DNA of 35,081 nt from the NCBI GenBank assembly GCA_031362505.1, contig JANLST010000482.1, forward strand, positions 1 to 35,081, in the 5' to 3' direction. Each line of letters starts with the position of its first letter. The stretch's first letter is position 1. Shown here in pieces: positions 1 to 7,734 of the stretch. A program made the translations under genes and the position numbers. Source of the DNA: Sphingomonadales bacterium. GTDB lineage: Bacteria; Pseudomonadota; Alphaproteobacteria; Sphingomonadales; Sphingomonadaceae. The notes under the pieces were generated by a model, which was not told where the DNA came from, did not search any database, and was given only the letters and a program-made list of their open reading frames with translations.

Positions 1-372
1 ACGCTCGACTATTCAAAGCAACGCCAACAGTTCGGCCAGCCCATTGGCCGCTTCCAGGTGCTCCAACATCGGATGGCGGACATGTTCTTGGAAGTCGAGC
101 AAATCGTTTCGATGTCACTAATGGCGACCCTCAAGCTCGACCTGCCGACGGACGAGCGCAAAGCCGCGGTAAGCCTCGCCAAGGCCAAGGTTGCGCGATC
201 GGCCAAATTCGTGGGTCAAAACGCCATACAGACTCATGGCGGCATCGGCATCACGCAGGAATTGTCGATCGGCCATTACTTCAAGCGAGCGACGATGATT
301 GAAGGCCAGTTCGGATCGGCCGACTTCCATCTCGACCGGTTTGAAAAACTGAGCATGCCAGAGGCCGCGTGA
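1..372 (+). CDS. Acyl-CoA dehydrogenase family protein, C-terminal part (5' end outside window)
   Basis: Frame open from base 1: TLDYSKQRQQFGQPIGRFQVLQHRMADM...QNAIQTHGGIGITQE; RxQFG and QxHGGxG are ACAD C-terminal motifs. Confidence 0.92.
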   Translation, partial: TLDYSKQRQQFGQPIGRFQVLQHRMADMFLEVEQIVSMSLMATLKLDLPTDERKAAVSLAKAKVARSAKFVGQNAIQTHGGIGITQELSIGHYFKRATMIEGQFGSADFHLDRFEKLSMPEAA

Positions 373-445
373 TTCGAAATGGGCTGATGCCTGTGGCATT
401 TCAGACCCGGTCAGTGACGGGTCGAGGAAAAAAGTTGATGCACCG

Positions 446-472
446 TGCATCTTTTTGGAGCGTCCGGTCGTA
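446..472 (+). promoter_or_regulatory. Putative ECF sigma promoter TGCATC-N17-CGTA upstream of candidate sRNA
   Basis: TGCATC 446-451, 17-nt spacer, CGTA 469-472; the same motif and spacing recur at 739-765; CGT-containing -10 elements are typical of ECF promoters. Confidence 0.55.
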
Positions 473-478
473 AGGTGA

Positions 479-659
479 ATGTCATGTCCCAAGCATGACA
501 TGATGACGCCAGAACCGATCTGCCCTGTAACGGCATGGCGAAACGCGACAGGTCCGCACCGATGGCCGGGGACTCCTGACCCCCCCCCTGTGAAGTTTTC
601 GGAAACGCGTTGCGGTTGTCGAAGGATACGGGGGGCCAAAGCCCCCCGTATTTTCTTTT
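479..659 (+). ncRNA. Candidate structured small RNA with C-rich loop
   Basis: Starts 6 nt after the CGTA element. Stems: ATGTCATG/CATGACAT (479-486/494-501), CGCCA/TGGCG with inner TGCC/GGCA (507-540), CGACAG..CCGCA/TGCGGTTGTCG (546-558/611-621), CCGGGGACT/AGTTTTCGG (566-574/594-602) closing a loop with C9 (580-588); ends in an intrinsic terminator. Confidence 0.5.
626..659 (+). terminator. Rho-independent terminator
   Basis: Perfect 11-bp stem ATACGGGGGGC / GCCCCCCGTAT, loop CAAA, followed by TTTCTTTT. Confidence 0.8.
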
Positions 660-738
660 CCGAGCAGGATAGGGGCAGGTCCCTCGTCCATAGACCCCCC
701 CAGCAGATGATTGGCAGCCGCACCTTGCAATCACCACC

Positions 739-765
739 TGCATCCCATCCTGCAGTTTGGCCGTA
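739..765 (+). promoter_or_regulatory. Second putative ECF sigma promoter TGCATC-N17-CGTA upstream of the anti-sigma-like ORF
   Basis: TGCATC 739-744, 17-nt spacer, CGTA 762-765; same geometry as 446-472. Confidence 0.55.
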
Positions 766-857
766 TACTTGTTGTGTAAAGTGAAAATTGGCGATCTCGC
801 CAATTGGTGAATGATTTATGTGGGGCAAATCCGTTAAGCATGTGCGGAACAACACTA

Positions 858-1130
858 ATGTGTGAAGCGGACCTTTGCGGTTGCAAATTGTCTGCCGATG
901 AAGCACTCGCGCTGGACTATCTCTTGGGGATACTGATCGGGCCTGATCTGAGCCGTGCTTTGGTTCGGGTCAGGAAAGACATGGAATTCAGTCTCCTCGT
1001 GTCACAATATCTGGAGCGATTCTCTACCGGTCTTGCTGATGGCGGCCCAATTGATGATACCATGAAAGCACCGCGTTCCGAAATCTGGGACGCGATTCAC
1101 GCCCAGATCTCAACGATCCGCGATTCCTGA
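858..1130 (+). CDS. Small soluble protein resembling the N-terminal anti-sigma domain of RskA-type anti-sigma factors (start 840 or 858)
   Basis: DEALALDYLLGIL...RVRKDMEFSLLVSQYLERF...KAPRSEIWDAIHAQI follows the LAxxYxLGxL / DxxFxxxVxx(W/Y)xERL / (A)PxxxxWxxI pattern; no transmembrane segment or sensor domain; N-terminal CEADLCGC. Confidence 0.6.
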   Translation: MCEADLCGCKLSADEALALDYLLGILIGPDLSRALVRVRKDMEFSLLVSQYLERFSTGLADGGPIDDTMKAPRSEIWDAIHAQISTIRDS

Positions 1131-1149
1131 AAAACAACTTGGCGCGGCG

Positions 1150-1749
1150 TCAAGCCGCTCCGGAGATCATCGCGTTGATCGCGGTGATGACGCTCGCGTG
1201 AACCTCCTCGGGGCCATAACCGAAGTTGCGATGCATGAAGACAAAATTTTCTGCGCTCATGAGCATAAGCATCGCGGAGGCCAGATGCCGCTTCGTTTCT
1301 GAACCAAGATGGGGATGTTCCTGCCCAAGCATCTTGATAATGTTCTTGTACCCCATCGCATAGAGCGGCTGGCGCAAAGCACGCCCGTGAGGCGAAAGAT
1401 ATGTCTCGGTCACAATCTGACGATCGCTGTCCCATGCATGATAGCGATCTTCGAGCCAGGAGAGCATTTCCGCGATCGTCTGCGGCAATGCGATGTTTGG
1501 GCCACCAACGGCCTGGTTGAGATGGTGTTTGGAAAATGCACCGATGAGTTCGTCGCGACTTTTGTAGTGGCGATAGATGGTTTGCTCGGTGACTTGAGCG
1601 ACCCGGGCAACCTCGGCGATGCTCACTGCGGACAAATCTGCGTCGCGCAGGATCGTCGCCACAGCGTCCAGAATAATCAGAGACGTTTGTTCCTTGAGCC
1701 GCGCACGCAGCGGACTTTGATAGGGCGCGCGAAGCGGCTCGTTTGACAT
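1150..1749 (-). CDS. TetR/AcrR family transcriptional regulator
   Basis: N-terminal HTH IILDAVATIL...VSIAEVARVAQVTEQTIYRHYKSRDELI; 199 aa. Confidence 0.92.
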   Translation of the reverse strand: MSNEPLRAPYQSPLRARLKEQTSLIILDAVATILRDADLSAVSIAEVARVAQVTEQTIYRHYKSRDELIGAFSKHHLNQAVGGPNIALPQTIAEMLSWLEDRYHAWDSDRQIVTETYLSPHGRALRQPLYAMGYKNIIKMLGQEHPHLGSETKRHLASAMLMLMSAENFVFMHRNFGYGPEEVHASVITAINAMISGAA

Positions 1750-1812
1750 ATCAGTATAATACCCCCGATTTGACCGGACACATCGTTCCCGGAATTTTGG
1801 AAATCGTCAAAT

Positions 1813-2457
1813 TCAAACTATCGCTTTTTCAAGGCTCGAATAATCGGACCAACCCACAGTATCGCCCTCGAGAGCGACGCGCAGCCGCCTCAGTCCTCGC
1901 TGTGCCCGTGACTTTGTTGTCGCCGTAGGAATGCCTTCACGCGATGCCACTTCCTCGTGTGTCCAGCCCTGGAGGACAACCATCCGGATGGTATTTCGTT
2001 GTTCGGGCGTAAGTGCATCCAGTGCTTCAATGAGATCGAGTCGATCGTCGACCGGCTCGGGTGGCATCGACGGCTCAGGAAGATGCTCATCGGATTCAAT
2101 GTAACGGGCCGTCTGTCGCTGGCTACGGAGCCGGTCGATTGCAACGTTGCGAATAATCCGGGACATCCACGCAAGGGCGTGGCCGCGCTCGGGATCGAAA
2201 TGGCGCGCGCTCGACCATATCCTCACAAAGGCGTCCTGCAGGGCGTCTTCAGCGGTATCGCGATCGCGGAGTATCGATATCGCCTGTCCGAGCATTCGTC
2301 GCGATGTGGCATCATAGAGGCTGCGAAAGGCTTTTTGGTCTCCAAGCGCAGTCAACCGCAGCCATGAGCCGAGTTGATCCCGCGCCGCGCGAGCTGGTGG
2401 AATATGCGCTTGCGTTGCAACGTCTGGCGAACTGAAAGCTTGAGCATTCTCGAACAT
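1813..2457 (-). CDS. ECF sigma-70 factor (SigK-like)
   Basis: Region 2 GDQKAFRSLYD...AEDALQDAFVRIW...AWMSRIIRNVAIDRLR; region 4 LTPEQRNTI...GWTHEEVASREGIPTATTKSRAQRGLRRLR. Confidence 0.93.
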   Translation of the reverse strand: MFENAQAFSSPDVATQAHIPPARAARDQLGSWLRLTALGDQKAFRSLYDATSRRMLGQAISILRDRDTAEDALQDAFVRIWSSARHFDPERGHALAWMSRIIRNVAIDRLRSQRQTARYIESDEHLPEPSMPPEPVDDRLDLIEALDALTPEQRNTIRMVVLQGWTHEEVASREGIPTATTKSRAQRGLRRLRVALEGDTVGWSDYSSLEKAIV

Positions 2458-2556
2458 GTCACTGTCTTTCGCAAGACGGCTTGACCAATCCCGGTGCCTA
2501 GTTGCGACCGAAATCAGACTTCAACCGCGAAATTACATGTGGGTCTAACAAACTCG

Positions 2557-2593
2557 ATGTTAGTATATATAACATGAAAAGAGGCATTGTCAA
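2557..2593 (-). promoter_or_regulatory. Putative sigma70 promoter of the ECF sigma gene overlapped by a palindromic operator
   Basis: Minus strand TTGACA (2593-2588), 16 nt, TATATA (2571-2566) preceded by TGn; inverted repeat ATGTTA-N7-TAACAT at 2557-2575 covers the -10. Confidence 0.45.
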
Positions 2594-2790
2594 TTCTGCT
2601 TGTTGGCCGCCGTCCGTCAGAACAGATTCGCCCTTTTTCTGGGCGTGTCGGCATGCCACCCGGACATCGGCCAATTGATTATTCTTGAGACTCCGTTCGC
2701 AGTGCAGCTGGATGTCTTCACGCCCTCCCGATCGGACTATCGCGCTTGGGCATTCGCCAAGTCTTGGAGCGCGCTTGGCAAACGGCGCCT

Positions 2791-4671
2791 CTACTCCGCC
2801 GCTATGCGGACATGCTGACGCAACAATCCGATATTGGACTCTTCGTCCTGTCCATCAACGCACATGCGTCCCCACATATCGAGGTGCAACATACGCAACA
2901 GAAAGTGCGGCTTGTTTGTCGCGCACATATCGTCAAGTTGCGTGGCGGACAGGCCAATCTGGTTTCCGATCCATGAGTTGTGGAAGTATCGCGGATCGAT
3001 CCGTATCCGATCAAACACGGTGGTCCAGAACCCGAACTTGTTCCGGTGGCTGAGATGGCGCGGGACATAGCGCGCCGCCACCTGGCGCACGACCCACTTG
3101 TCGCGCACAAATGGATGGGCCTTGTCGAAGGCGGTCAAATCGCCGCGCAGTTTATACGCGCCTGGCATGTTGATGGCCGCGCGAACAACCTTGTGATCAA
3201 GAAATGGAAAGCGCGATTCGATGCTGGCCGCCATCCCCATTGTATCGTTCCTCTGCAGAAGAAGGCGTAAATGATGGTTCAGATATTCCAGCGTCCACAC
3301 GTGATGCATCGTCGCGCCCTGTTCCGCCAAGGCGGAGACTGCAGCATGAATCCGGATGTTGTCGCCAGCTTTCTCGAACCGGCTCAAAAGATCGCTGACA
3401 CGCGCGCCGCTATCATCGGTTGGAGGCCATAATATGTTGCCGATCTCGGGAAGTTTGCGGACGAACGATCCCGCCCTGTTACATGCGGCGTAGTATGCAT
3501 CGGTCAACCGTTTGCGACCCATCCATGGATAACCCAGAAAACATTCGTCCGACCCCTCGCCCGACAAGAGGCCCTTTACGCCATTATTGCGCGCCAACTG
3601 GGCAACGCGCATCATCGGGATGCAGTTCTGGGTCTCGGCGAAGGGTTGCTCAAAATGGGCGATCGTGCGCGGGATGAAATCGACATAGTCCTGCTCCTCA
3701 ACGTCGATCGACTGCATGTCCAGCTTCAGGTGTTTGGCAAGCGCAGCCGCCGCATCGAATTCGCTCCACCGACCTTTTACGTTGGCATGAAAAATCGCCA
3801 GGTTGTTATGTTCGCGTGCTGCCATTGCCATGATCAGTGAAGAATCGACTCCGCCACTGCAGAACGCGCCAACGGGAACGTCTGCCAGCAAATGCGCGCT
3901 TACACTCTCCGACAGGAGCTGATCGATATGGTCGACGGTTTCAGCCGGTGATTTACGCTTGTATTCGTGCAAGCCAGATTCCGTCATGAACTCTTCGAGA
4001 CGCGCGAAGTTCACCACGTCCGGGATTTGGCCCGCGCGCTTGAGCACCATCTGGCCCGGACCCACGGCCGTAACACCGTCAAGAAAAGTGTGTCCGCTTG
4101 TTGGTCCGCCAAATTTGAGGAGATAGGCGCTGACCATGAAGCGGTCGGCGCGCAATTCCAACCACGGCTTCATCGCCTTGACTTCGGACGCGAACAGAAA
4201 GCGGTTTCCGTCATCATGAATGAACAGCGGCTTCATGCCGAACCGGTCGCGGGCCAGAAGTAGGGTTCGCTCGCGCGTATCGTATAGCGCAAACGCGAAC
4301 ATGCCTTCGAGTGCGTTTAGCGCATGAATTGCGTCGCGCCGCAAAAGAATCTCCAGCAACACCTCAGTGTCGGAAGTGGTTCGAAATGTCGCGCCCTCCG
4401 ATTCCAGCTCAGCCCTGAGTTGCCGAAAATTATAGATTTCGCCGTTGAATACGAGCGCGTAGCGACGCGTCACATCCCAGAACGGCTGATCCGAACGGGA
4501 GTCGACATCGACAAATGAAAGCCGCGTATGTCCAAGACCTATTCCCGGCGCGCAGTGCGTAACTGCCGCATCGGGCCCGCGATGATGCAAGGATTGCGTT
4601 GATTGCACGACCTTCTTGTGATCGGGAACTTGCGACGCTTTGGCCAACACTACCCCGAAAATTCCACACAT
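2791..4671 (-). CDS. asnB: AsnB-family glutamine-hydrolysing amidotransferase (asparagine synthetase-like)
   Basis: MCGIFG N-terminal nucleophile Cys, HRGPD, FNGEIYNF, SDTEV, LARDRFGMKPL, SGGVDSS, SGEGSDE, ESRFPFLD; 626 aa. Confidence 0.93.
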   Translation of the reverse strand: MCGIFGVVLAKASQVPDHKKVVQSTQSLHHRGPDAAVTHCAPGIGLGHTRLSFVDVDSRSDQPFWDVTRRYALVFNGEIYNFRQLRAELESEGATFRTTSDTEVLLEILLRRDAIHALNALEGMFAFALYDTRERTLLLARDRFGMKPLFIHDDGNRFLFASEVKAMKPWLELRADRFMVSAYLLKFGGPTSGHTFLDGVTAVGPGQMVLKRAGQIPDVVNFARLEEFMTESGLHEYKRKSPAETVDHIDQLLSESVSAHLLADVPVGAFCSGGVDSSLIMAMAAREHNNLAIFHANVKGRWSEFDAAAALAKHLKLDMQSIDVEEQDYVDFIPRTIAHFEQPFAETQNCIPMMRVAQLARNNGVKGLLSGEGSDECFLGYPWMGRKRLTDAYYAACNRAGSFVRKLPEIGNILWPPTDDSGARVSDLLSRFEKAGDNIRIHAAVSALAEQGATMHHVWTLEYLNHHLRLLLQRNDTMGMAASIESRFPFLDHKVVRAAINMPGAYKLRGDLTAFDKAHPFVRDKWVVRQVAARYVPRHLSHRNKFGFWTTVFDRIRIDPRYFHNSWIGNQIGLSATQLDDMCATNKPHFLLRMLHLDMWGRMCVDGQDEESNIGLLRQHVRIAAE

Positions 4672-4753
4672 GGCCGATGAGTACCTTTGGATTCGCTACA
4701 TCCCGATCAAACGAGGTCAGCGCATGGATGTTGAAGCCGTTCTTTGGGTGTCG

Positions 4754-5464
4754 TTACTTGATCGCCAGGAAACCCTCGAAGCAAATATACTTGGATACGG
4801 TCGTCACATCCTCGAAGCCGGCGCGGCGGAAAAGGGCAAAATTGCCTTCCGTTGAAAAGGGTTCGAGAATGCCCTTGAGGCTGCGGGTTTTGCCGACAAT
4901 TTCCTTTTCATCGAATCCCTGAAGCAGCTTGAATTCATTGTAGAGGCCGGTTGCAATGTCCTGGAAGCGCGCGTCCGGTGCGCGAACCTTTTCGAACATG
5001 ATGAACGCACCACCCCAGTTGAGTGATTCATAGATGCGATCAAAAAGTAGCTGCCGATCGCGGGGCGGGATGAACTGCATCGTATAGTAAGAGACAATAA
5101 GATCCGCCTTTTCGAATGGAAAAAGACGACCATCCTCCTCCAGGATCGTGATGTTGGGAATGTCGGCGCAATGCGTCCGCGCCTTGGCGACCATCGCTGT
5201 CTCGACATCCATGCCAATAAATTTCGCGCCCGGCTTGTGGGCATTGTGGACGGCCAGTTTTTTGAGAAGCTCGCCAGTCGAGACGCCGATTTCGTATACC
5301 GTGCTTCTGCCCGAAACAAACCAGTCGCTGATCTGGCAGGTCAGATCGTGGCCTTCGGCATAGAGCGGTACCGAGTGACGGATATGATCGACAAATGTGT
5401 CTGGAACGCTGCCGCCAAAATTCCAGGCGGCATTTCCGGTATCTATGTTCTGCCCGACTTTCAT
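4754..5464 (-). CDS. Class I SAM-dependent protein of the CmoA (carboxy-SAM synthase)-like family
   Basis: WNFGGSVPDTFVDHIRHSVPLY, VYEIGVSTG, YTMQFIPPRDRQLLFDRIYESLNWGGAFIMFEK, FKxxxGFxxxEIxxK, C-terminal FEGFLAIK are collinear with CmoA; ATG 5464 has a GGGAGAG RBS. Confidence 0.8.
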   Translation of the reverse strand: MKVGQNIDTGNAAWNFGGSVPDTFVDHIRHSVPLYAEGHDLTCQISDWFVSGRSTVYEIGVSTGELLKKLAVHNAHKPGAKFIGMDVETAMVAKARTHCADIPNITILEEDGRLFPFEKADLIVSYYTMQFIPPRDRQLLFDRIYESLNWGGAFIMFEKVRAPDARFQDIATGLYNEFKLLQGFDEKEIVGKTRSLKGILEPFSTEGNFALFRRAGFEDVTTVSKYICFEGFLAIK

Positions 5465-5563
5465 CGCACTCTCCCTGTCGCGATCCAATGCCCTTTACCC
5501 GCTATTCGGCCTCATTGAACATGAAAATGATGGTGAATCGCGCAGCAGCGCGATGCGGGCCCA

Positions 5564-6319
5564 TTATCCACCAAAACCGCGTCCTGCACTCTCCCTGACG
5601 GCGCGCAATCCCTGACGGACTCTCAAATAACCGAGACGTCCGTCCAACAGACCCTGCCAGCGCCTCTTGTCACGGAAATAATGCATTTCGATGCGTGGCA
5701 GATCAAACCGGTCATGATCGCGCCGGACCTGCGCAAGCCGTGTACCGAACGCCGCGCGGTAATGCCGCGCAATTATCGCGACAACGTCAGGGGTGACGCG
5801 GCCATAGGGCGCGGCAAAGCTCTCCACTGGCTGGCCAAGCTGCGTCGCCAGATCCTCCGCGCAGCCCGCGACCTCCTCCTCGCATGCGGCAGGATCGAGC
5901 GCGGTCAGGTCGGCATGGGTACGGCTATGGCCGCCAAATTCGATGCCATCCTTTGCCAGCGCCCGGATCGTGTTCCAGTCCATCAGGGGTCGCGGCGTTC
6001 GGTTTCCGCCTTTCCATTCCTCGGCCCCACCAAGCCGCGCCGTCGGCACGAAGACCAGCGCCGAAAAGCCATGACGATCGAGAATGGGAGCTGCGACGCT
6101 CCCAAAATCGGCAAACGCATCATCGAAGGTGATCAGAACCTGTTTTCCATCATCCTGCTTGCCATCATGCCAGTCGATGAAGTCGCCCAACCGCCAGCTG
6201 CGATAGCCTGAATCGGCAAGTGCCTGCATCTGCATCGCAAAATCCGCAGGCGAAATGCTCGTCGGCCCATCCGCTTCCGAGATCGAGTGATAGGTCAGGA
6301 CGAGGCGTTCATCGCGCAT
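5564..6319 (-). CDS. Polysaccharide deacetylase (NodB/CE4 family)
   Basis: LTYHSI, ITFDDA, GGHSRTHADL, FAAPYG, LPRI motifs. Confidence 0.92.
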   Translation of the reverse strand: MRDERLVLTYHSISEADGPTSISPADFAMQMQALADSGYRSWRLGDFIDWHDGKQDDGKQVLITFDDAFADFGSVAAPILDRHGFSALVFVPTARLGGAEEWKGGNRTPRPLMDWNTIRALAKDGIEFGGHSRTHADLTALDPAACEEEVAGCAEDLATQLGQPVESFAAPYGRVTPDVVAIIARHYRAAFGTRLAQVRRDHDRFDLPRIEMHYFRDKRRWQGLLDGRLGYLRVRQGLRAVRESAGRGFGG

Positions 6320-7734
6320 CAGTCTTCAACCACATGGGTTTCGAAAATCCTCCGATAATCGTGCCATTTCGCAAGGTCGAAGCTACCATCGTCGCCCAGG
6401 CAATCAACCGCGCCATGTGCCATGGCCAGCGCGTGATGGGTGTTGTCATGCGCGAACAGACCTTGCCTGCCGAAGGTCAGCAGACCCTTTATACCCTCGA
6501 CCCAGCGGTCCATCACGGCAAGATCGGCCTCAAAATTGCGATCGTAGACAGGATAGGCATAGCCCAGCCGTCGCGTCTCGGTCCGAAGCACGTTCGCAGT
6601 GACCGGAAGCCCGACGCCGGCGAGCCACTCGCACAATTTGGCGCCCAGCTCATCGTCAGAAAGTGCCCACAATGATTCTTGCGGATCGCAGGGCAGTTCT
6701 GCGCAAAGGATGGTCCTACCCTTGGGCTCAATACTCGCCGAGTAGTTCTTCGGCTCCGACAGTCGGGAGATCGGCACAGCATATTCTGGAAAATAGTGCG
6801 CATCATATTCAGTGAACTGCTGCTGCTCGAGGATCAGGTAAATCAGGATCATCCCGCGAAAGCGAATACGCGCCGCCGCTTCCGTTACTTCGGGAGGCGG
6901 GGGCGGATCCATCATTGCGACAATATTGGTAATCGGCAGCGTTGACCATATGGTGCCCGTCTCCAGGCGCTGCTCGACACCCTCCTTGGCATAGCGGACG
7001 GCTGTCACGCGCCCGCCCGTATGTTCAACCGCGGAAACAGACGCCTCCAGTGCGAACGCAGCGCCCCTTTTTTCCGCCTCGATGCGCAGCGCCTCGCTGA
7101 TCTGGCCAAAACCTTTTCTGGGATAAAAGAATCCCCCGGTCTGGGGCTTTTTGATGCCCGGCACCTGACCCAGGATCTTCCCAATGATCTTGCCGATCGA
7201 GCTTCCCGACACACGCCGGGTCGCCAGTGTCACCGCCAGTTCTTCAGGAGGAAGAGCCCACAGCTTGCGCAGATAGGGGTAGTAGAAATTCTCGCTCATC
7301 GCCGGGCCAAGGCCTTGATGCAGCACGCTGGCAAAGGTCGGCTCGCCTGGGGGAGGACGACGGAATTTCTTGGTTGCCGCATCCCACATCAATTGAAAGG
7401 TGAAGCCCTTCGGCAAGCGGAGCAGAAGGTCGACGGGCTTGAGCGGAAAATGAATCCATCGGCCCTTGAGTCGGATACGGCCATGGCGCGGCCGCCACAG
7501 CAGATCCGGTCCGACGGCGTCTTGAATCAACTTCAGGATATGCGGTTCGCTCGCCGGGTGGAGCCTGTGGCTTCCAAAGTCACAATGGATTCCATCGATG
7601 ACAAAGCTGCCCGAATTTCCGCCGACACGGGGTGCACGCTCAAGGACCGTCACCGCAGCCTTGCCGCTTTGTGCAAGCATCAAACCTGCTCCGACACCCG
7701 CCGGCCCTGCGCCCAGCACAACGACGTGATTCAT
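6319..7734 (-). CDS. FAD-dependent oxidoreductase (protoporphyrinogen oxidase / UDP-galactopyranose mutase-like group)
   Basis: VVVLGAGPAG dinucleotide-binding motif, ERAPRVGG, DFGSHR, AYPVY, GRQGLF..DNTHHA; stop overlaps next start (TGATG). Confidence 0.85.
   Translation of the reverse strand: MNHVVVLGAGPAGVGAGLMLAQSGKAAVTVLERAPRVGGNSGSFVIDGIHCDFGSHRLHPASEPHILKLIQDAVGPDLLWRPRHGRIRLKGRWIHFPLKPVDLLLRLPKGFTFQLMWDAATKKFRRPPPGEPTFASVLHQGLGPAMSENFYYPYLRKLWALPPEELAVTLATRRVSGSSIGKIIGKILGQVPGIKKPQTGGFFYPRKGFGQISEALRIEAEKRGAAFALEASVSAVEHTGGRVTAVRYAKEGVEQRLETGTIWSTLPITNIVAMMDPPPPPEVTEAAARIRFRGMILIYLILEQQQFTEYDAHYFPEYAVPISRLSEPKNYSASIEPKGRTILCAELPCDPQESLWALSDDELGAKLCEWLAGVGLPVTANVLRTETRRLGYAYPVYDRNFEADLAVMDRWVEGIKGLLTFGRQGLFAHDNTHHALAMAHGAVDCLGDDGSFDLAKWHDYRRIFETHVVED

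Noticed and set aside
479-784. 101-aa plus-strand ORF containing DPPP
   Set aside because: Runs through a strong terminator and the second promoter motif and has no recognisable domain; kept only as an alternative model for the RNA element.
118-906. 262-aa minus-strand ORF
   Set aside because: Antisense to the acyl-CoA dehydrogenase and to the structured intergenic region; no protein-like motifs.
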